From: Halarcobacter sp.
GTDB taxonomy: Bacteria; Campylobacterota; Campylobacteria; Campylobacterales; Arcobacteraceae
Direction: 5' to 3'
Assembly: GCA_963676565.1 (NCBI GenBank)
Contig: OY781089.1
Location: 2,880,001 to 2,944,000, forward strand
Length of the DNA: 64,000 bases
In this document: piece by piece, positions 59,038-64,000 of the stretch
How positions within the stretch are numbered: the first letter of the stretch is position 1
Layout: the number at the start of each line of letters is the position of its first letter
Notes under the pieces: generated by a model
What the model was told of the DNA's origin: nothing
Database searches by the model: none
What the model saw: the letters and a program-made list of their open reading frames with translations, nothing else
Made by a program: the position numbers and the translations under genes

Positions 59038-60433
59038 TTTTTTCTCTCTCTTCTAATTCTTTTTCTAATTTATCAAACACATCTAAATAAATACTATTTA
59101 AATATCTATTCTCATAGTCAAAAAACAATGATAACTGTTGTCTATTATTATCTTTTGGTTGTTCAAAATACTCTACAATCTTTTCAAAAGGATTATCTAT
59201 TAATATCTCAAAATCAATTATCGATAATATGTATATATTGTCTATAAAACTATAGTTCAATCTTTTTTTAATAAGATCTAAGTAATTTTCTAACATTAAT
59301 GTATGAGTATGGATAACAATAATTCCATATTGATTTTTCGCATTAATTTTATTAAAACATGATTCTATTTGTCCTAATGCTTTATCCATTGTTTTAATGA
59401 ATTCATCTTCAAGCTCTTTAATCTGACCGTTAAGGATTATGTTCTCATTAACTGGAAGTAATTTACTTTCAACAACTATTACAGAATCATCTTTTAATAG
59501 ATAATATTCAGCTTTATCTCTATTTTTTTCTTTTATTAGATTATCACATTCATAGAAGTATTCATTATGAGTGAACTTTGTCATTCTTCTTGTATAGTTC
59601 TCAAATGTAATTCCAAAGCTTCTTTTAAATCCTTTTTCATTAACTTGTAATTCACATAAAGTATCAAAAACTCTATATGTTAACGCTTCAGATAAAGAGT
59701 TTATAGATGGGATGAAATATCTTTCATTACCCAAATCAATAATTGGATACTGATCTATCAATCTCATATTCTTGACAACATCTTTTGTATATCCTAATTC
59801 TTTACATTTCATTCTATAAGATTTTATAGAAATAGAAAATTTTGATAAAAAAAGTTCAAGTTTTTTTGCTTTAATTTTTGGATCATACCCTTTTAAATGA
59901 TCAAGAATAATTTTAAAAGTAAAAGGACTATTTATATTATGATGAGAATTATGTATAGTTACAAAATAAAACATCTGTTTTGGACTAAGTCCCAAAAACT
60001 GTTTAAATAAAAGTTCTTTTTCTTCATATAAATCTAATAATCTTGAGATATCATTTCTTAATGGAGTATATTTTCTAAGTTGCTCATGGGCATATCTTGA
60101 CATAGAAACATGCAGTGAAACTTTTAAATCATTTCTAAAATTAGATTCATTATCTTTTGAATTTAAATAAAAAGATATAAATTTTCTATAATCAAGCTTA
60201 TTAGGTATTTCATTTAATTTAACAATCCTATCATCAGAATTTGAAAATCTTATTGCTAAATCTAAAATTATTGAATACCAATTTGAATTTTGTAGACAAA
60301 ATCTTTCTAATGAATCTTGTTCAAGTTTATAAAAATCTGTATCTGATAAATTTTCAAGTCTCTTTATAAACAGCATCCATTGAAATACAGTATAAGACTT
60401 CATATGATTTATTAAATTTTTATTTGTTTTCAT
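59027..60433 (-). CDS. hypothetical protein with possible PD-(D/E)xK nuclease C-terminus
   Basis: FGITFENY...AEY...IVVESK...ALGQI. Confidence 0.6.
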   Translation of the reverse strand: MKTNKNLINHMKSYTVFQWMLFIKRLENLSDTDFYKLEQDSLERFCLQNSNWYSIILDLAIRFSNSDDRIVKLNEIPNKLDYRKFISFYLNSKDNESNFRNDLKVSLHVSMSRYAHEQLRKYTPLRNDISRLLDLYEEKELLFKQFLGLSPKQMFYFVTIHNSHHNINSPFTFKIILDHLKGYDPKIKAKKLELFLSKFSISIKSYRMKCKELGYTKDVVKNMRLIDQYPIIDLGNERYFIPSINSLSEALTYRVFDTLCELQVNEKGFKRSFGITFENYTRRMTKFTHNEYFYECDNLIKEKNRDKAEYYLLKDDSVIVVESKLLPVNENIILNGQIKELEDEFIKTMDKALGQIESCFNKINAKNQYGIIVIHTHTLMLENYLDLIKKRLNYSFIDNIYILSIIDFEILIDNPFEKIVEYFEQPKDNNRQQLSLFFDYENRYLNSIYLDVFDKLEKELEEREKNEK

Positions 60434-60852
60434 TCAGAATTTATCGACCTTTATTTTTAATAACTTAATCAACACTCTTTTTGTATACTTAATTATATTA
60501 TAACTTTTAAATATATAAATAACATTTAGTTTAATATTATTTTTGTTTTTATCAGTAAGAAATCTCTCCCCAAAAAATTACATAAATTTCTATGTACAAG
60601 AAAAGCCCCATAAATAAGGTATTTCTAAAACACACAAACAGAAAGATAAACCTCAATCACAGTATTCCCGATTAAAAGTATATCTTTAACAATAAAAAAG
60701 GTTTCGTTTAATGATGAGGGAGAGAAGATGATTCCCTTGAAGGGAGTGGTTGTTTAGAGGAGGTTTGAGGTGATAGGTTGGAGAAGGAAGGGGTGAGAGG
60801 AGAGAACTTGAATGGTTCGGGCTCTCCTACTCAAAGATATACTTTTAAAGTT

Positions 60853-61410
60853 TTAACTACTGCCTGCAGCTGGTATCCATCGATACAATGTGGCTAATGA
60901 AATATTTAAATCCATTGCAACATCCTTTGGTAAAGAACCAGCTTTTAGTAACTTCTTTGCAGCATTTATTTTACTTTCTGTCATAACTCTTTTACGTCCT
61001 CCAATTCTACCTTGTGCTCTTGCTGCTTTCAATCCAGCTATGGTTCTTTCTTTTATCAACTCACGTTCCATCTGGGCCAGTGCAGCCATCATATGAAAGA
61101 AAAACTTGCCAGCAGGTGTCGAGGTATCAATTGAATCTGTTAAGCTCTGAAAGTTAACTCCTCTATCTTCTAATTCTCCTATTAGTGTGATAAGACTCGT
61201 CAAACTCCTTCCAAGTCGGTCAAGCTTCCATACGATTAAGGTATCTCCTTCTCTTAATACTTCAAGTAATTGATTTAATCCTGGTCTATCATCTTTAGAT
61301 CCTGATATCTGATCTTCAAATATCTTTTCACACTCTACTTTAGTTAATGCATCTCTTTGAAGAGATAGGTTTTGTTCCGAGGTAGATATTCTTGCATATC
61401 CTATTTTCAT
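60853..61410 (-). CDS. Serine recombinase (resolvase/invertase, Hin/Pin family)
   Basis: GYARIST, VWKLDRLGRS, ERTIAGLKAARAQGRIGGR, C-terminal HTH. Confidence 0.95.
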   Translation of the reverse strand: MKIGYARISTSEQNLSLQRDALTKVECEKIFEDQISGSKDDRPGLNQLLEVLREGDTLIVWKLDRLGRSLTSLITLIGELEDRGVNFQSLTDSIDTSTPAGKFFFHMMAALAQMERELIKERTIAGLKAARAQGRIGGRKRVMTESKINAAKKLLKAGSLPKDVAMDLNISLATLYRWIPAAGSS

Positions 61411-61419
61411 CTTTTATCC

Positions 61420-61555
61420 TTTCTTAAAACTCATAAGCTCTTACTTATTTGAGTAAACAGTTATAAGAATGGTTTTTGAGAATTAATCAGTTCCCATTTC
61501 TTCTTTACACAATTCTCAATTCTCTTTTTTCTATTAATCCATCCTTTTTGAGAAT
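61420..61555. other. putative res/hix-like recombinase binding sites
   Basis: TTCTTAAAACTC, GGTTTTTGAGAA and CTTTTTGAGAA resemble hix half-sites, directly upstream of the recombinase. Confidence 0.5.
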
Positions 61556-61833
61556 CAAAGTCTTCTTTTTAGCATCGATAAAGGGAAATAGCATTTTCAA
61601 TAATATTTAAGTTTAAGACCATTGTATTCTATTTGGACAGTTCTAATATATGAATTTTTTATATGTTTTTTGATTGGCAAATTTAAATAAAATTATAAAG
61701 AATAAGACAGCTCTTTAATTACGCTTATATTTTAATTAACACTTCTTCATAAAAAATATGAAACTCTCACATAGTTTAAAGAAAATTAATATTAAGAGAC
61801 ACTTTCTCTTATGACTTATTTAACAGAATAATC

Positions 61834-62388
61834 TTATATTTTTAGATATTCACCTGTATTTGTAAAATGAAGATTCATTTTATCCTTAAAATCATTTATC
61901 CTACGCGAATATTTCCCTATCTTTTTCATTAGTGAGATATCTGCTTTTATTCCACAAAATATTTTTTCCGTTTCATCAGGTTTTATACTCCGTGTTTGTT
62001 GTAACATTCTAAAATCAGCATATTCTTCTTCTACTTTTGCTTCATATGTAGCAGTAAGATGTTTATATTGAAAATAAAGCTGCTCTAATTTTTTTAAAGA
62101 TGTTAATTTATCTTGAATTTCAATTACACTCATTTTTGATAATTTATTTTTTCCTAAATAACAAATTTGTATTTTTGTTCTTTGCTCATAACCAGTAGGT
62201 TCTCCTTCATTATTTAAAGAAGCATATGTTTCAGCCCCTACAAATCTAAAAGGCATAGTATTGGATAATTTAAGACTCTGAAAGCTTACAAAACGAATAA
62301 CACTTAATTTTATATCTAAATTTATAAGAAGTCTTTCAATTTTATTTTCTACTTCTTTTATGGCTTTATCATAATCTTCAAGCTCCAC
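61834..62388 (-). CDS. hypothetical protein
   Basis: GTG start with AGGAG RBS. Confidence 0.65.
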   Translation of the reverse strand: MELEDYDKAIKEVENKIERLLINLDIKLSVIRFVSFQSLKLSNTMPFRFVGAETYASLNNEGEPTGYEQRTKIQICYLGKNKLSKMSVIEIQDKLTSLKKLEQLYFQYKHLTATYEAKVEEEYADFRMLQQTRSIKPDETEKIFCGIKADISLMKKIGKYSRRINDFKDKMNLHFTNTGEYLKI

Positions 62389-62461
62389 TTTAATACTCCT
62401 AATTTTATTTTACTTTATAAAATATATCAAAGAACAAATTAAAGAATGATTTTTTTGCCAC

Positions 62462-62545
62462 ATTGTGAACAAATTAAGAAAAATTTAAGATTTATTTTGT
62501 AGTATTTCTTGTTCACAATTTGAACGGTTCTTTTTGTGAACACAA
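62462..62545. promoter_or_regulatory. repeated TTGTGAACA boxes upstream of xis-int
   Basis: TTGTGAACA at ~62463 and ~62534, inverted TGTTCACAA at ~62510. Confidence 0.5.
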
Positions 62546-62568
62546 TTAATTATACAAGGAGTAGATAA

Positions 62569-63021
62569 ATGAGTAATAAAATAAGAGCAGATTATTTGAC
62601 AAAATTAGAGTCATTAACAGAAAAAATTGTTGTCATTAAAAAAGAAACATCATTTAAATTAAATAGAGTAGAAGATGAGATCTACTATGTCTTAAATGAA
62701 TTTAAAGAGTTCGAGAAATCACAAGACATTGAAAATAAATATGATTTAACAAGATCAAAAGATGTTGAAAAATTTTTAGAACTATCAAGAGAATCTCTTA
62801 GAAGATTTAGAGAAGATGGTAGATTTAAAGAAAATGTTCATTTTAAATATGATGAGAATGAAAGAGTGAAATACATTCCGGAAGGAATCATTTCATTTGA
62901 AAAAACATTCGTTAAAAATGAAAGAAAAATTAGAACTGATAAAGAAAAACAAAATAAAGAAAAAATTAGAAAGAGTAATTTGAGTCAGTTAAATATCAAA
63001 TTTGCAGGGAGGGCTGCATAA
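62569..63021 (+). CDS. excisionase-like HTH DNA-binding protein
   Basis: SKDVEKFLELSRESLRRFREDG HTH; coupled to the integrase. Confidence 0.6.
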   Translation: MSNKIRADYLTKLESLTEKIVVIKKETSFKLNRVEDEIYYVLNEFKEFEKSQDIENKYDLTRSKDVEKFLELSRESLRRFREDGRFKENVHFKYDENERVKYIPEGIISFEKTFVKNERKIRTDKEKQNKEKIRKSNLSQLNIKFAGRAA

Positions 63022-64000
63022 TGGAAACTACAAAAAATTATGAGTCAGTTGTAACTAACTATGGAATTGTTAAGCTAAGAAAAGATGGAAAATCAGGTAA
63101 TATTCTGATGGATTATAACTATTATAATATTGAGGGTAAAAAGAAAAGACGAAAAAAATCTCTTGGCATTGAATATAATGACTATAACATAAGTGACGCA
63201 AAAGAGTGGTTGCTAACTCTTGTTATGGATAAAGAAGGTAATTTTATTGTAAGAAAAGAGATTAAGAGTAAAAATTTGTTAGTTAGTGATTTTATGAAAG
63301 AAGTAAAAGAATTTTTCATGGCAGAGAAAAATAGGTCACAAACTAATAAAACATATGTTTCAATGTTAGAGAATCATTTTGTTCCTGTTTTTTCTAACCA
63401 TTATGTTCACGAAATTACTACAAGTGATTTAAATGCTTTGTTCTTAAACATTAAGAATAAAAGCAAGTATGATCAAGCAGGCGTGGAATTAAATGTAAAA
63501 ACTCTACGAAATATCAAGACCCCTATTAGTAAGTTCTTTCAAATAGCTATTGATGCAAAGATTATTACTATTAATCCAATGATAAACATCAATAAATCAT
63601 ATTTTAAAAACAAAAAGCAAATACTTACAAAAGGGAAAGGATATGATCTTAATACTAAAAAAGAATTAATTGATAACGATGAAAATCATGTTGATCCTTT
63701 CACTGAAGACGAGATTATAAAGCTTCTTGCTGCTGCAAAAGGAAAATTTAGAAATTTTATAGGAATCTTATTTTTTACAGGAATGAGACCCTCTGAACTT
63801 ATTTGTTTAAAATGGGAGAATATAGATATTGAAGGCAGATTCTTAATTATTGAAGAAGCAAGGACAGGAAATGAAACTGAAGAGGAGACTGCAGCAGGAT
63901 TGACAAAAACTCGATCATCAAAAAGGAGCATAGACCTTTCAGAAAAAGCACTTCATTTTATTAAAGAACAATACAAATACTCAGGCGAAACTGAGGGTGA
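63021..64000 (+). CDS. Tyrosine recombinase/integrase (runs off window)
   Basis: Hand translation METTKNYESVV...; arm-binding-like N-terminus (RRKKSLG), FFTGMRPSELICLKWENID, TKTRSSKRSIDL. Confidence 0.92.
   Translation, partial: METTKNYESVVTNYGIVKLRKDGKSGNILMDYNYYNIEGKKKRRKKSLGIEYNDYNISDAKEWLLTLVMDKEGNFIVRKEIKSKNLLVSDFMKEVKEFFMAEKNRSQTNKTYVSMLENHFVPVFSNHYVHEITTSDLNALFLNIKNKSKYDQAGVELNVKTLRNIKTPISKFFQIAIDAKIITINPMININKSYFKNKKQILTKGKGYDLNTKKELIDNDENHVDPFTEDEIIKLLAAAKGKFRNFIGILFFTGMRPSELICLKWENIDIEGRFLIIEEARTGNETEEETAAGLTKTRSSKRSIDLSEKALHFIKEQYKYSGETEG

Larger units (their letters stand above)
12150..64000. mobile_element. tRNA-integrated genomic (defence) island, right end beyond window
   Basis: tRNA 3' fragment at the left; excisionase-like gene and tyrosine integrase at the right; defence genes, pseudogenes and a resolvase between. 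Confidence 0.82.

Noticed and set aside
3336..63931. Short antisense ORFs in the track (e.g. 3336, 5370, 6893, 14593, 24730, 39824, 41430, 60890, 63686)
   Set aside because: They are shadows of longer, motif-bearing genes on the opposite strand; 63686 lies within the integrase.
1..64000. CRISPR array, retron/RT, prophage structural or conjugation genes
   Set aside because: No regularly spaced repeats, RT motifs, or capsid/T4SS/relaxase ORFs seen.

Overview
AT-rich bacterial DNA. Gene content, tRNAs and promoter style suggest Campylobacterota, probably Arcobacteraceae (inference). Bases 1-12.1 kb are chromosomal: two-component signalling genes, an EI24/CysZ-like protein, a radical SAM enzyme, a NUDIX hydrolase, three identical tRNA-Gly(TCC) genes and a tRNA(CAT). 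A 23-bp 3' fragment of a Ser-like tRNA at 12150 marks the left att end of a >52-kb integrative island, whose tyrosine integrase runs off the right edge. The island is a defence/stress island: three tandem metallophosphoesterases, an RNase H-like protein, ssb, MYG1, Zorya type II, a TOTE-like TPR/OB plus RecD-like helicase pair, a ClpA-like ATPase, a PBP paralog, an LRR protein, type I R-M with an embedded TPR-DUF2971 gene, a DUF4011 helicase-nuclease, two WYL regulators and a serine resolvase. The strongest hidden signal is two palindromic promoter boxes. AGACA-N5-TGTCY sits at a fixed distance from a -10 hexamer at 8 promoters, and TACYT-N4-ARGTA sits 12 nt before a -10 at 3 promoters. Each set clusters around one WYL gene, suggesting two WYL-controlled regulons with PafBC-like geometry. 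Two candidate structured ncRNAs and an unannotated small basic ORF were also found.
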